Part shown: piece after piece, positions 39,818-49,724 of the stretch
Layout of the letters: each line of letters begins with the position of its first letter
Position numbering within the stretch: the stretch's first letter is position 1
Origin: a phage
NCBI GenBank assembly: GCA_025611195.1
Contig: GCA_025611195.1_4718.1
Length of the DNA: 64,000 nt
Reading direction: 5' to 3' (one strand)
The notes under the pieces: model-generated
Database searches by the model: none
Told to the model about the DNA's origin: nothing
What the model saw: the letters and a program-made list of their open reading frames with translations, nothing else
Program-made: the position numbers and the translations under genes

Positions 39818-40999
39818 CTATTTCGTTTTTGCCGTCAACGGTTGCGATACCGTAATCTCGACACGATTCTCATCGGTACGTTTAACGATGATAAGGTTGC
39901 GCTCGTCACCGAATGGTTCTGCTACCTTGGAAGCCTCTTTAAGATTTTCAAGAATCTCACCGAAAGCTTCAAATACCGCAAAACCAGAGCTAACATCAAT
40001 TCTTACTAAATGTACACGCATATCGTTTACGGTAACGGTGTCATCCGTCTTGAACCCGCAACAGGAGGGTAGACAGAACTGACCATTAACGCAGTTATCT
40101 AAGTATGCTTCACCGCCGAACATTTCTATTAACGTCACCGGTTTAAATGTTTTCTCTGGGAAAGCACTATTAAGGGTATCGTTTCCGTTCACGAACCAGA
40201 TCGTTACTTTATCTTCGGAATACGCTAGTCGGTACGGTTGGGTTGCGGACGCTTGCGCTTTATGCTGGTTAAATAACTTTGATTTTGTCGCAATCGCAGC
40301 ACGACCTTCGACGTCGAAGTACAGAACTTCATATCCAACACATCCGATAAACACGCGACGGTTATTAAGTTCCGGAATTCTGACTAATAATGCTTCACCG
40401 TTGTATCCAGTAGGAACAATACCGCGTAGGATGATAGATTCATTGTTCAATACCGAGTTATCTGCAGTGATACTTCGCATTACCGCTGGCGTCACTATTT
40501 TATCTGCGGTAGGTTCAGGTTGCTCAGCAATGCGGTCAAAAGGTTCGATGGTTACCGCGGGAACGAAGTATTCAACTATATGCTTGTTTTCAGCACCAAC
40601 GTCCATGACGGTGATCTGCAAACGCGTAGCATCCGAATTCAATGCCTGTCTCACACGTTCTGCATTAGGAGTATCGCGGTCAATATGAATCAAGGCTTTT
40701 ACCACACCGTCGTCTTCCAACCATCCTGTTAAAACGCGACCGACGATATCATTCACGTCACGAATCGGGAAGCGCAGTTCAGCGCCATCGAGCACTGCTT
40801 CGATTTTACTGCTAGTGACGGGCACCTTACCGTCGTTAAGATGTGCCAACAGACCGGTTAATGCATCTTCACTAACCGGATATTTTGTCGTTGTACTGAC
40901 CAACGGTACGATAAAACGATCTTCGCTGTATTTCTCTGCACCACAGATAACCGGGACTTGAGGGCATTGATCAACTAGGCCCCACTCAACAGTATTCAT
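39818..40999 (-). CDS. hypothetical protein (393 aa)
   Basis: Long ORF between RuvC-like gene and tmk; no phosphoesterase motifs. Confidence 0.5.
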   Translation of the reverse strand: MNTVEWGLVDQCPQVPVICGAEKYSEDRFIVPLVSTTTKYPVSEDALTGLLAHLNDGKVPVTSSKIEAVLDGAELRFPIRDVNDIVGRVLTGWLEDDGVVKALIHIDRDTPNAERVRQALNSDATRLQITVMDVGAENKHIVEYFVPAVTIEPFDRIAEQPEPTADKIVTPAVMRSITADNSVLNNESIILRGIVPTGYNGEALLVRIPELNNRRVFIGCVGYEVLYFDVEGRAAIATKSKLFNQHKAQASATQPYRLAYSEDKVTIWFVNGNDTLNSAFPEKTFKPVTLIEMFGGEAYLDNCVNGQFCLPSCCGFKTDDTVTVNDMRVHLVRIDVSSGFAVFEAFGEILENLKEASKVAEPFGDERNLIIVKRTDENRVEITVSQPLTAKTK

Positions 41000-41031
41000 A
41001 ACGTTTTCCTTCTTGGGTTTTGTACATGTTG

Positions 41032-41646
41032 CTAACGGCGTTTTGTACCAACCTTCCCATTTCGATGGTCGTCAAGAATACGCCATTCTTCGAACAGGAG
41101 TTCAGCTGCGAAATAACCTACGGCGATGCTGTCTATCGCATGCTCATCAAGATTCGCTAACACAACACCGTTTCTGGGTGTGATGTTCATGAGGTTCAAC
41201 ACTTTCTGGCGAACATCGTCCTTACCGACACGGGACGTCATGATCCCAACGGCGCGTTTTGCGCTTCGGTTATCAACCCCTAAGAAAGACACCGTAGGGT
41301 CAAAATCGATAACCGTTGTCTGAATCGCTGAAAACAGTTCACTGAGCGCCATACCGCTTTGCTTGAAACGACCGATAAACGGTGTTTCACAAGCGACCGC
41401 TTGCGGTTGGTACTCTTGCAATAACGATGTCAGCGAACGACGATGTTCTTGGATACGTGCGGCACGGTTACCGTATCCAAGAGCAATATCGCCATCAGGA
41501 TCATATCGGCGTGAGGCGTGCCATGTCCCCGCATAAAGCAGTTCAATATCTTCGACACGCACGTCCAAACGCAGTAACGACGCACCGAGTGTATCGGTGC
41601 CAGGGTCGATTGCCAGAATATCGTAAGCGTATTCTGGTGGGATCAT
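41032..41646 (-). CDS. RuvC-like Holliday junction resolvase
   Basis: ILAIDPGTDTLGA, AVACETPF and EHAIDSIAVGYF resemble RuvC catalytic motifs. Start ATG 41646 overlaps upstream stop (ATGA). Confidence 0.5.
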   Translation of the reverse strand: MIPPEYAYDILAIDPGTDTLGASLLRLDVRVEDIELLYAGTWHASRRYDPDGDIALGYGNRAARIQEHRRSLTSLLQEYQPQAVACETPFIGRFKQSGMALSELFSAIQTTVIDFDPTVSFLGVDNRSAKRAVGIMTSRVGKDDVRQKVLNLMNITPRNGVVLANLDEHAIDSIAVGYFAAELLFEEWRILDDHRNGKVGTKRR

Positions 41647-42458
41647 GGTGTTACAACAGCCTCTACTGACCACGGGAAGGTTTTCGCAATAACGCCTTCC
41701 AGGAAGCGTTCAACTTCGGCTTGCTCATACACCGAAAGCTTTTCAAACGGCGTTTGGTCCTCGGTTAAACCCACCGCATGAATAGGACCCAGATCTTTAA
41801 CCAGGGTAACTTCGCCTTTAACGCCTTCACGTTTAACGATAACCGCATGGTCATTAACCTTAGGGTCGTACAACACACGCATCATGGTTACCGCATCATC
41901 CGGTTCATAACCGAAATCGATCGCAACGCGAGCACTCGTCCCTTCTTCATCCAAGAGCTTGCTCAACGCTTTACAACGGTCTTCAATCCAATCCAACGCA
42001 ACCACGGTTTCTTGGCGTAGCTGAACCTCAACTTCTTTTCCTTGTTCGTCGATACGTTTCACGGTAACAAAATCACGCAATAAGCGGTCAGGAAGAAGGG
42101 AAGCGATAAGTTCAACGTTGGGTTCGGGTTTATCGTTTTCCAGAATGATGGTCGCTTGTGCGTCCAGATGTTCTTTAAAACGGATGTAACGTGTTAATCG
42201 CAGAACTTCATCCTGGGATTTTGCGTCTTCGGGAATAATCTCCGTCATGACGTTATAAATCTTTTCAGCGAACGTTGGAATTACGGTGATTGTAATTCGT
42301 GCTGGTGTACCACGCTCCTGGTACTCATCGGCTAACTTCTTTGCCATCCCGTTAAAGTAGGTCTGGAGAAACGGTTGTTGGGTTAAAAACATTTTCTCCA
42401 GATCGGAATAGCGATGCTTGCGCGCGTGGCCTAGCTTCTTCATGGGCTTTTTCATCAA
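41643..42458 (-). CDS. hypothetical protein (271 aa)
   Basis: ORF between Rad50-like and RuvC-like genes. Confidence 0.5.
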   Translation of the reverse strand: MMKKPMKKLGHARKHRYSDLEKMFLTQQPFLQTYFNGMAKKLADEYQERGTPARITITVIPTFAEKIYNVMTEIIPEDAKSQDEVLRLTRYIRFKEHLDAQATIILENDKPEPNVELIASLLPDRLLRDFVTVKRIDEQGKEVEVQLRQETVVALDWIEDRCKALSKLLDEEGTSARVAIDFGYEPDDAVTMMRVLYDPKVNDHAVIVKREGVKGEVTLVKDLGPIHAVGLTEDQTPFEKLSVYEQAEVERFLEGVIAKTFPWSVEAVVTP

Positions 42459-42476
42459 CAGAAATCCTTATTTATC

Positions 42477-44933
42477 TTAAATAATCGTGACGTGTTCGTT
42501 ATACGTTTCAGGGAGGATGATGTTCGTTTTATCAAGAACCATACACTCAGCTTTACGGAATGATGCATGGTTGATAACATAGTGGCTGATGAACCACACT
42601 TGGCTTACGCGATGACCATCGACCAAACGACGAACAAAATCCATGGCATTAGATTGGTGCTGCGGATCAAATGTTGATGCGAATTCATCTAACATCAACG
42701 GATAATCCGTAAACCCCTTGTAATGCATCATCGCGATGATAAACGCGATATTGATAATTTCCTTTTGTCCCTTACTCCCATAAACAATATCTTTTCGCGG
42801 CGTCGGATACTTCTCAGTTAAAAGCGGAAAACGATAGTTCAATCCTTGCGCGTCGATAGCACACGGAAGTATCTGAAGTTGGTATTCCCAAATACTCGAA
42901 ATGATACCGTTCATGTATTCAACGAACGCGTTGATTGGACCAGCGATTGTTTCGGCAATCAATCCGTTGGATGGACTCAACTCATCCAGAACAAGTTGTG
43001 CGTAACTGAGCTGTTCTTCCACCTCTTTTTGCGTTGTTTCCAACTGAGCCAGAAGCTGCTGGTCGGTTTTAGCTTCCTGTAACTGCTGTTCGACATGACT
43101 TATCCGGCGAACCGTATCAGACATCGCAGCACGTAGTGATTTCGTGTAAAGATGCTGTAGATACTCCAACCACAGTTGCGTTAACGCTTTATCGCTACTA
43201 TCAGAACGTACCTGATCTTCCATAATCGCCGTAATGGTTTCCAATCTACCTTCCGTAGCTGTGATGGCTTGTGTTAACCGTTCAACGGTTGTTAACAACT
43301 CTGTCCTGTTCTTATAAAGCAGTTCTCGACGTTGCTGTAATGGTTCAACATCAACCGCTTGTACACGTTCGAGCATATCCTGAAGATGTTTACGTTCTTG
43401 CTCGGCTTGTGTATAACGCGCGAGTTTCTCGAATGCAAGCAACCAGTCGTTAATGATGCCAATACTGCGGAATCCTAAACCGTTTTTGCGGCCTTCTTCC
43501 AGCAGATTATCCCACATGGGTTTAATAGCGTAATAATCTTTCGTCCAACGCGTTAACTGACGATGCTGTTCCATCCAAAGCGTATAACGCTGCACCTTCT
43601 CATTAAGTTCGGCTAACGATTTCTCCTGTTCTTCAACCCAAGCGCGACCCTTCTGAATACGTTGTTCAATGCTCGCTTTGCTGGTCTTTTCTGTCTCACC
43701 AACATGAAAGCGATAATTGCATTTTGGACAGCTGGTCTGGGGTTGATGGTTAAGATGGTCAAGATGCGCTTCCAAATCGGCTAACGCGTGTTTCGCGTTA
43801 CGCAAACGCATTCGTGCCGCCTCTTCCTCCTTGATGTAAGCTTCAGCATCGTAAACATGATAGGTGTTGTCGGTATCAATCCATTCTTGCAATAGTTCCG
43901 TTAACGGAGCCTGAACTTGCGTGAGCTGTTGTAAACAAACCGCGGCGTCCAGATTCATCGTTAAAAGCTCACCTGGATGATCATGCTGAAGTTGTTCGTC
44001 CAAACAGGCAAGGCGGGCTTTAATCTGATCGATATCGCCTTCTCCAGACTGTTTCAACTGGTCAAGGATATTATCGATACCCAACAGCTCGTCAACCTGA
44101 CTTTCGAGTTTCGCATTCGCATTCGCGAGTTGCTCTCTTAGTTCAGCCAGATTCCGCTGTTCTTGTTGCGATGTTCCTCCTTGGTAACGAACAACCGCAC
44201 GAAGAAGCTCGCGATTAAAATGATGGGCACGTTGTGCGGATTCCAGAAGCTGTCGTTGATCAACATCGCTATCGAATAACGGCAATCCCATCATCGCTTC
44301 GAGCGCCGAGCGTTGCTGCTTTAACTCTGCTTCCAATCCCTGGTGGTCGGTTCCAGTGTATTTCGCTTCAATTCGCTGTGATGTTTCAACCAACTTATTC
44401 AATGTGTGCTCATTCACCGCTTTCAGTGAACGTACCTGTTGCTTAACAACCTGAAACAGCTCAAGCGCATAATCGACGTTAACCGGGCATATCTGCGTTA
44501 ATCGTTCGCGACGTTTCATCGGTCCCATTTCGGTGAACTGGTAAGCTGTTTCGTAACCTAACAACAAACGAATGGTGTCGTCATTAAGTTCGAAATGTTC
44601 TTCGATCAGTTTCCACTGGGCTGGTTGTGTGCCACCACCATTCAAGTTCTCACTGTCGTTAACGTAGAACTCGTGCTTAAACCCTTTTTCTAAACGACTG
44701 ATAAGACGGTATTGCTTATTACGGTGTTCGCAGCGGTACTCGTAATACCCGTCTTTATCAAAATCAGCGCGCTCGGGAACGGTTGGATACAGCAAAGGCA
44801 GTAGACTGCTCTTACCCGAACCATTACTACCTAGAATGAGTTGTACGGGATTATCTGGCCGGATGACCAGCTCCCGAATCATCCCGGTATCAAAACGATT
44901 GAATCCACGTAAGTGGAGATAGGTGCATCGCAT
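42477..44933 (-). CDS. Rad50/SbcC-like recombination ATPase
   Basis: Walker A LILGSNGSGKSSLL, central CPKCNYRF zinc-hook-like CxxC in coiled-coil region, C-terminal LMLDEFASTFD Walker B. Start at ATG 44933 (MRCTYLHLRGF) with AGAAGGA RBS. Confidence 0.7.
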   Translation of the reverse strand: MRCTYLHLRGFNRFDTGMIRELVIRPDNPVQLILGSNGSGKSSLLPLLYPTVPERADFDKDGYYEYRCEHRNKQYRLISRLEKGFKHEFYVNDSENLNGGGTQPAQWKLIEEHFELNDDTIRLLLGYETAYQFTEMGPMKRRERLTQICPVNVDYALELFQVVKQQVRSLKAVNEHTLNKLVETSQRIEAKYTGTDHQGLEAELKQQRSALEAMMGLPLFDSDVDQRQLLESAQRAHHFNRELLRAVVRYQGGTSQQEQRNLAELREQLANANAKLESQVDELLGIDNILDQLKQSGEGDIDQIKARLACLDEQLQHDHPGELLTMNLDAAVCLQQLTQVQAPLTELLQEWIDTDNTYHVYDAEAYIKEEEAARMRLRNAKHALADLEAHLDHLNHQPQTSCPKCNYRFHVGETEKTSKASIEQRIQKGRAWVEEQEKSLAELNEKVQRYTLWMEQHRQLTRWTKDYYAIKPMWDNLLEEGRKNGLGFRSIGIINDWLLAFEKLARYTQAEQERKHLQDMLERVQAVDVEPLQQRRELLYKNRTELLTTVERLTQAITATEGRLETITAIMEDQVRSDSSDKALTQLWLEYLQHLYTKSLRAAMSDTVRRISHVEQQLQEAKTDQQLLAQLETTQKEVEEQLSYAQLVLDELSPSNGLIAETIAGPINAFVEYMNGIISSIWEYQLQILPCAIDAQGLNYRFPLLTEKYPTPRKDIVYGSKGQKEIINIAFIIAMMHYKGFTDYPLMLDEFASTFDPQHQSNAMDFVRRLVDGHRVSQVWFISHYVINHASFRKAECMVLDKTNIILPETYNEHVTII

Positions 44934-44958
44934 GCTATGATAATCCTTCTTCGATACC

Positions 44959-44978
44959 TTCTGAACCATGGTTCAGAA
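44959..44978. promoter_or_regulatory. 20-bp perfect palindrome TTCTGAACCATGGTTCAGAA (operator-like)
   Basis: Perfect dyad in divergent region between Rad50-like gene and 45047 gene, 26 nt upstream of ATG 44933. Confidence 0.4.
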
Positions 44979-45046
44979 TGCGAAGCTGAAGCCATACTTC
45001 AGCGTTATTTTCTATATCGTTATTTAAATCAGTAGGAGATTACAGC

Positions 45047-46135
45047 ATGAGCGATCTGGCAACAGACAACCGCACAAAAGGGAGTCAGTTAGCTCCAGAC
45101 AGCAACGTAAGCGTTTTCCGTATCTTTGCCTTGGGTACCGTTGCTGCCGACTTTTCCAATAAAAGTCTGGAGGAAGATCCGAACCAGGCGCTGGAGGTCT
45201 TTCTTGACGAGATGATGTCAGGTGCTGACGGGAAAGTTGAAGCGGCGGGAAGCGTGAAAGAAGTTAGTGCAACAGACGCTCAAGGGAACAGTTATACCGC
45301 AAAAGCGGCAACAACAACCAGCGTACAGTGTTACTGGTTACCCTTTGGTAGTAACCGGATGACAGCACCTAACTTGAGGAAAGGTCAGCGTGTGGTGGTC
45401 TGGCGTACTGCCGATGAAGAACAACTCTACTGGCAGCCCAAAGGAGGGGATAGTGAGCTGATGACCATGGAATCGGTTATCCTCACCGTCAGTGCACGTC
45501 CTAGCGCTAAGAAGGACCGTAAATCGATTTCAACGGAAGACTGCTATTACCTAATGGTTGATACCTTTCTTAAGAAAGCGGTTATCGGTACAAGCGCACA
45601 GCTTGGTGAAGTTACCCAAGTCTACATGGAACTTAATCTGGACGAGGGTTACTTACAGGTTGCGGACAGCGTCCATCAAAACCTACTATTGCTCCATTTT
45701 GTCGAGCATATGCTGCGATACCAAAACCAGGACGACAGCATTATCGACGTAACAAAAAAGAACATCACATTCCAATGCGAGGATACGCTCAAAGCAATCG
45801 CTAAGAACGATATCCGAATGAAAGCAAAAAATATTTATACGGAATGTGAGAACTTTGAACGTACCAGCAAAACAGAAAGCGTTACGAGTCAGAATGTTTC
45901 TTTGAAATGCGATCGCTACACCGCGCAAGTATCAGGACAAACCATATTCAAATGTCCGAATACGGTATTCACCGGAGCCGTGAGTTTCACTGGTGAAGAC
46001 GGAAACACGATGACATTGAACGGTAACTTCATACACGTCGCGGGATCTTGGCGTTCACCAAGCGGAACAAACGTGTACACTCACGACCACGGTGGTGTTA
46101 AATCCGGTAGTAGTAGAACCGACCCGTTTCAATAA
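45047..46135 (+). CDS. hypothetical protein (362 aa), possible beta-helical spike-like protein
   Basis: GGAG RBS. C-terminal half has alternating beta-like repeats ending in YTHDHGGV, reminiscent of HxH apex motifs of puncturing spikes; weak. Confidence 0.45.
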   Translation: MSDLATDNRTKGSQLAPDSNVSVFRIFALGTVAADFSNKSLEEDPNQALEVFLDEMMSGADGKVEAAGSVKEVSATDAQGNSYTAKAATTTSVQCYWLPFGSNRMTAPNLRKGQRVVVWRTADEEQLYWQPKGGDSELMTMESVILTVSARPSAKKDRKSISTEDCYYLMVDTFLKKAVIGTSAQLGEVTQVYMELNLDEGYLQVADSVHQNLLLLHFVEHMLRYQNQDDSIIDVTKKNITFQCEDTLKAIAKNDIRMKAKNIYTECENFERTSKTESVTSQNVSLKCDRYTAQVSGQTIFKCPNTVFTGAVSFTGEDGNTMTLNGNFIHVAGSWRSPSGTNVYTHDHGGVKSGSSRTDPFQ

Positions 46136-46158
46136 AACAAAAAAGAAATATAACATAG

Positions 46159-46193
46159 CCTCCTTCCCCGGCCTTGGTGGCTAGGGAAGGAGG
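46159..46193. terminator. family-B palindromic hairpin
   Basis: Stem CCTCCTTCCC/GGGAAGGAGG, loop CGGCCTTGGTGGCTA (reverse complement of the loop at 14..28, one mismatch). Confidence 0.5.
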
Positions 46194-46208
46194 ATTATAG
46201 TTTATTTA

Positions 46209-46646
46209 TTAACGCACTGCGTTCTGGATGATTTCTTTTCCGATCTTAACCAAAGCAGGTATCTGCACAGCGGTTGCGCCTCGATGACGAAACGCGGTCG
46301 TTAACGCGGTATCGATACTCACAGCACGTCCGTGGAGACGATCGAAATAGACTTGCGTGATTGCAGCAGCGTAATCCTTTCGCTGTTTCTTGGTTTGGTT
46401 TAATAGCGCCGCACTATGGCTAACGATGAAGTAAGCGATTAAGAAGAACGCCGCCGACCGCGAACCGGGTAGAAAACCTTGTCGCTTAGGAAGCATCTCA
46501 CAATCGCGAACAGTATTATCGTTCGCGAGCTCATCCATGTCAACGCAGCATAATTTTGCATAGGTGTGGAGATAGTGGGTAAAAGTTGAATTTAACATGT
46601 TTCTTTCCTCGATTACAATGAGTTCAATGTATAGCTTAAACGTCAC
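46209..46646 (-). CDS. hypothetical protein (145 aa)
   Basis: ORF downstream of family-B hairpin. Confidence 0.45.
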   Translation of the reverse strand: MTFKLYIELIVIEERNMLNSTFTHYLHTYAKLCCVDMDELANDNTVRDCEMLPKRQGFLPGSRSAAFFLIAYFIVSHSAALLNQTKKQRKDYAAAITQVYFDRLHGRAVSIDTALTTAFRHRGATAVQIPALVKIGKEIIQNAVR

Positions 46647-46704
46647 AGAACGACGTGTAGCGATTTGTTTTAATTTCTAAGGGGTTTCCTTATCTAAGAT
46701 TGAT

Positions 46705-47067
46705 TTAAAGCGTTCTGAAGAGTTCTGTATCGTTCTCGTCACGTAAACACGCTTCGTTCAACAATTCAGCTAACAACTTCGACCGAACTTCAACAAATGT
46801 CCTGAGGCGATGCTTCCATTCTAAACAGACGGTGTATGAACGATCTAACTTTTTGTGCTCGACGATAGATGCCGTGCAGTAGGTTTCGCGTTTATTCACA
46901 TCGTCCCAAACATCACGAATGATCGTCAAGCCTTTCTCAGTACATGTAAACGTTATAACGTAGTGATTGTTCGCTACTTCAACACGAACATCAGTAAATT
47001 CGTTTCGTAACGATGAGGTCTTAGTTAAACGATCAATAGCGAGCGATAAACCAACACGTTGTTGCAT
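46705..47067 (-). CDS. hypothetical protein (120 aa)
   Basis: ORF in operon. Confidence 0.45.
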   Translation of the reverse strand: MQQRVGLSLAIDRLTKTSSLRNEFTDVRVEVANNHYVITFTCTEKGLTIIRDVWDDVNKRETYCTASIVEHKKLDRSYTVCLEWKHRLRTFVEVRSKLLAELLNEACLRDENDTELFRTL

Positions 47068-47068
47068 A

Positions 47069-47494
47069 TCAGATCCCCTCTTTCAGAATCTCATTAAGGC
47101 CGTCAGTAATCCAGTCGAACTTCGTCTTAATCATAGCTGGGGTCAATCCGTATACTTCCCACACAAGCTGTGGTTTATGTGTTCCATCGTCCAAACAAAG
47201 CACATCGATTGAGAGCATCATACCGCCCGTCAGTTTCATGTTCTCACAACTACGAAGATATGCGGATTCTAGCAATACTTTCCCTAACGCGGTGCAAGCA
47301 AACGTTAACCGGGAAGAATACATGTACGATGAAGTTTTACAGTAGGTTGCTGATATCGGTTGAATATGTTTGCGGAGTTTGGCGTCTTCACGTAAAAGCA
47401 GTAACGTGCGATGTAAACGCGTATGCTCGGTAACCGATGGGCTATATTCACCGATACGCTCTTCGACTACTGATTTAGGCCATTTAATTTCCAT
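47069..47494 (-). CDS. hypothetical protein (141 aa), MEIK-start paralog
   Basis: Shares N-terminus MEIKWPKS and 14-nt DNA identity at the start with 47510..47953. Confidence 0.5.
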   Translation of the reverse strand: MEIKWPKSVVEERIGEYSPSVTEHTRLHRTLLLLREDAKLRKHIQPISATYCKTSSYMYSSRLTFACTALGKVLLESAYLRSCENMKLTGGMMLSIDVLCLDDGTHKPQLVWEVYGLTPAMIKTKFDWITDGLNEILKEGI

Positions 47495-47509
47495 GTTATC
47501 TTCCTCGTA

Positions 47510-47953
47510 TTAACACTGTGTTCCATTCGATAAGCGGGTGGTATCAAAACGATCCAGTTGGTGTACAATGCTATCAGCAACACGATGCAAATAGTGTATT
47601 TTGTCCATTCGTGAAATCGCAGAAATCGTCCAGCAAGCCTCTGACGTCCAATAGGTGCCGTCTTCACTAAGGCTAACGTTATAAACTAACTTCGTCATCA
47701 CATTTCTCGCCTTATGCTCAGCAGACCAGAATATGTTTTCTAACACATCCTTCCCCGTTTGTGAAAACACGAACCCAAGCTTCACGTCGAAGTCGGATGC
47801 TTCAAGATTAACGCAGTGAAGATGATTCTCTAACGGCGCAAAAGAGGCTAAACGTTCCAGCGCATGTTGCAGTGTGGGATGATCGAGCTTTTCGAGATCA
47901 TCCACAGGTTGTTCAGGTACAATCGCGATCGATTTACAGAATTTAATTTCCAT
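47510..47953 (-). CDS. hypothetical protein (147 aa), MEIK-start paralog
   Basis: N-terminus MEIKFCKS; AAGAGGAACC RBS; GGGGAC-N6-GTCCCC hairpin 37 nt upstream. Confidence 0.5.
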   Translation of the reverse strand: MEIKFCKSIAIVPEQPVDDLEKLDHPTLQHALERLASFAPLENHLHCVNLEASDFDVKLGFVFSQTGKDVLENIFWSAEHKARNVMTKLVYNVSLSEDGTYWTSEACWTISAISRMDKIHYLHRVADSIVHQLDRFDTTRLSNGTQC

Positions 47954-48065
47954 GGTAGGTTCCTCTTGATAGTGGTTGATGATAGTAACGGGGACGGCGA
48001 TGTCCCCTTGGTTTCTTATTGCCCCGCCCGAACCCGATGGGGTACAGGCGGGTGATGTTGATGCG

Positions 48066-48473
48066 TTATAGCGGCATCAGACGTTCTTTAAGTTGGGTTA
48101 ACTTATTTGCAACGATGTTCTCAACGCCGATCATCTTGTTCATGTTGTCGAGGGTATCCTGCCAGATGAAAATATCCACGGAACCGGTTCCGACTAACGC
48201 GTTCTCAGGACGATGGTCACGGGTCACGTAGCGTGGTCTCTGCGGGCAGGTTTGTAACTCGATCCAAAGCGCATCTAACGGACCACGGTCCGTGACACCT
48301 AAGGCGAAGAATTCACCTCGTACGACCAGAACATCATCAGCCGTCCTGACGCGGGTTGATCCTTCGTACACCAATTCCATCTTTGCTCGACAGGCTGGGT
48401 TCTCGTTCCACGCCTGGACGGCATCGGCAAGGGCTATTGACGTTGCGGTGGTGTTCGTTTGATCATGTTGCAT
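48066..48473 (-). CDS. hypothetical protein (135 aa)
   Basis: ORF. Confidence 0.45.
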   Translation of the reverse strand: MQHDQTNTTATSIALADAVQAWNENPACRAKMELVYEGSTRVRTADDVLVVRGEFFALGVTDRGPLDALWIELQTCPQRPRYVTRDHRPENALVGTGSVDIFIWQDTLDNMNKMIGVENIVANKLTQLKERLMPL

Positions 48474-48550
48474 TCTAAGCTCCTGTAACGCTATCTAAGC
48501 GTCGTTTTAAGTTAAGGTATAGTTTCCCTTCCTTGGGTTCGTTTATTGCG

Positions 48551-48826
48551 TTACACGGCTTTACAGCTTGCGTAAACCACAACTGTTCCGTTGTTGATTG
48601 CCTCAACAACATCCTGGGTCAGTTTGGTCGCGAGTTTATTATCCGCACTCGGTACGTAATAACCTTCCCCTGTTTCAGTGACTAGGCGATAACGTACTAA
48701 TCCTACCGCACGCTCGACGCGTATCACCTTTTCAAGTTTGTATTTGATGATCTTCGTCAGGCTGACGGCGTCTGATGCGTAGATTGCTTTATAAACCTTG
48801 TTCTTTGCTGTCGGTTTCATCAACAT
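48551..48826 (-). CDS. hypothetical protein (about 91 aa)
   Basis: Start placed at ATG 48826 (MLMKPTAK) with AAGGAAAA RBS; ORF-track start 48889 would overlap upstream gene. Confidence 0.4.
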   Translation of the reverse strand: MLMKPTAKNKVYKAIYASDAVSLTKIIKYKLEKVIRVERAVGLVRYRLVTETGEGYYVPSADNKLATKLTQDVVEAINNGTVVVYASCKAV

Positions 48827-48848
48827 GGTTTCTGTTTTCCTTGGTTTA

Positions 48849-49682
48849 TCACGATGCCAGGTCAGCGATATCCCAATGGGTATAACCAACCTCGCGGATG
48901 AGCTCTGCTGTTTCTTCGAACAGTGGGGTAGGGCTAATGACCGGTAACCATTTCCCCTCTCGGGTTATCTTGACTTCGACGGTCTGTAAGTTCGTGTTCC
49001 AACGAACATCATAAACCAGCGCATAGCCAAGAGGATGAACAAGTCCATCTTGGTTAAATGTCTCCAAAAGACCTCGTACGTCTTCTTCGTAGGATGTTTT
49101 CGACAAGACAGCACGTACTCGTCGCAGTCTCTTCGTGATAACCTTTCCCAGCTCGATGCTCTCCCAGCCTGTCATGACGCAAGGATTGTCATCACGACGA
49201 AGAGACCGAGAAATATAAATAGAATCGCTCGCGGTAAGGTGTACCCACCCAAGATCGCAGTATGCGACAGGTCGTGGTGATTCTCCTTCGATAACCGTCG
49301 GTTCATCCAACATCGCCACAACACCGCAGTCTGCGAACTCCGGCGATACTTCATCCAGCATCTTAATACGGCTTTCTTGGCCGGTATGGTCAGGATCAAC
49401 ATGCGCGTAGTAGTAATTAGGCTCTATCGCACGGTATTGCGCAATACGTCTACGGAAGTCAGGATCCTGCATTCCCAGCGGATGGTAATACGCAAGCTGT
49501 TGCTTTATACCATCCTTGATTACCAACAGAAGATCTTCGCGATCTGATGCGGGATCTTCCACCACGATGTATTTAACAATCGCTTTCAGGTTCTTAACGA
49601 TGTTATCCGGAAGTTTCTCGATATCTCGAGCATCGTAGACGCGGTTAACTACAGTGCTTACAAGGTGTTTTGATAGGCTCAT
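48849..49682 (-). CDS. hypothetical protein (277 aa), paralog of 50039..50821
   Basis: C-terminal VHPLGYALVYDVRWNTNLQTVEVKITREGKWLPVISP aligns with VHPLGFAWVSEVRYNPRKKRVEAKVLNERWLPVVQP in the other gene. Confidence 0.55.
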   Translation of the reverse strand: MSLSKHLVSTVVNRVYDARDIEKLPDNIVKNLKAIVKYIVVEDPASDREDLLLVIKDGIKQQLAYYHPLGMQDPDFRRRIAQYRAIEPNYYYAHVDPDHTGQESRIKMLDEVSPEFADCGVVAMLDEPTVIEGESPRPVAYCDLGWVHLTASDSIYISRSLRRDDNPCVMTGWESIELGKVITKRLRRVRAVLSKTSYEEDVRGLLETFNQDGLVHPLGYALVYDVRWNTNLQTVEVKITREGKWLPVISPTPLFEETAELIREVGYTHWDIADLAS

Positions 49683-49724
49683 CGATGATCTCTCTTTGTT
49701 ATTTCTACCGATAACTCGGCATAA

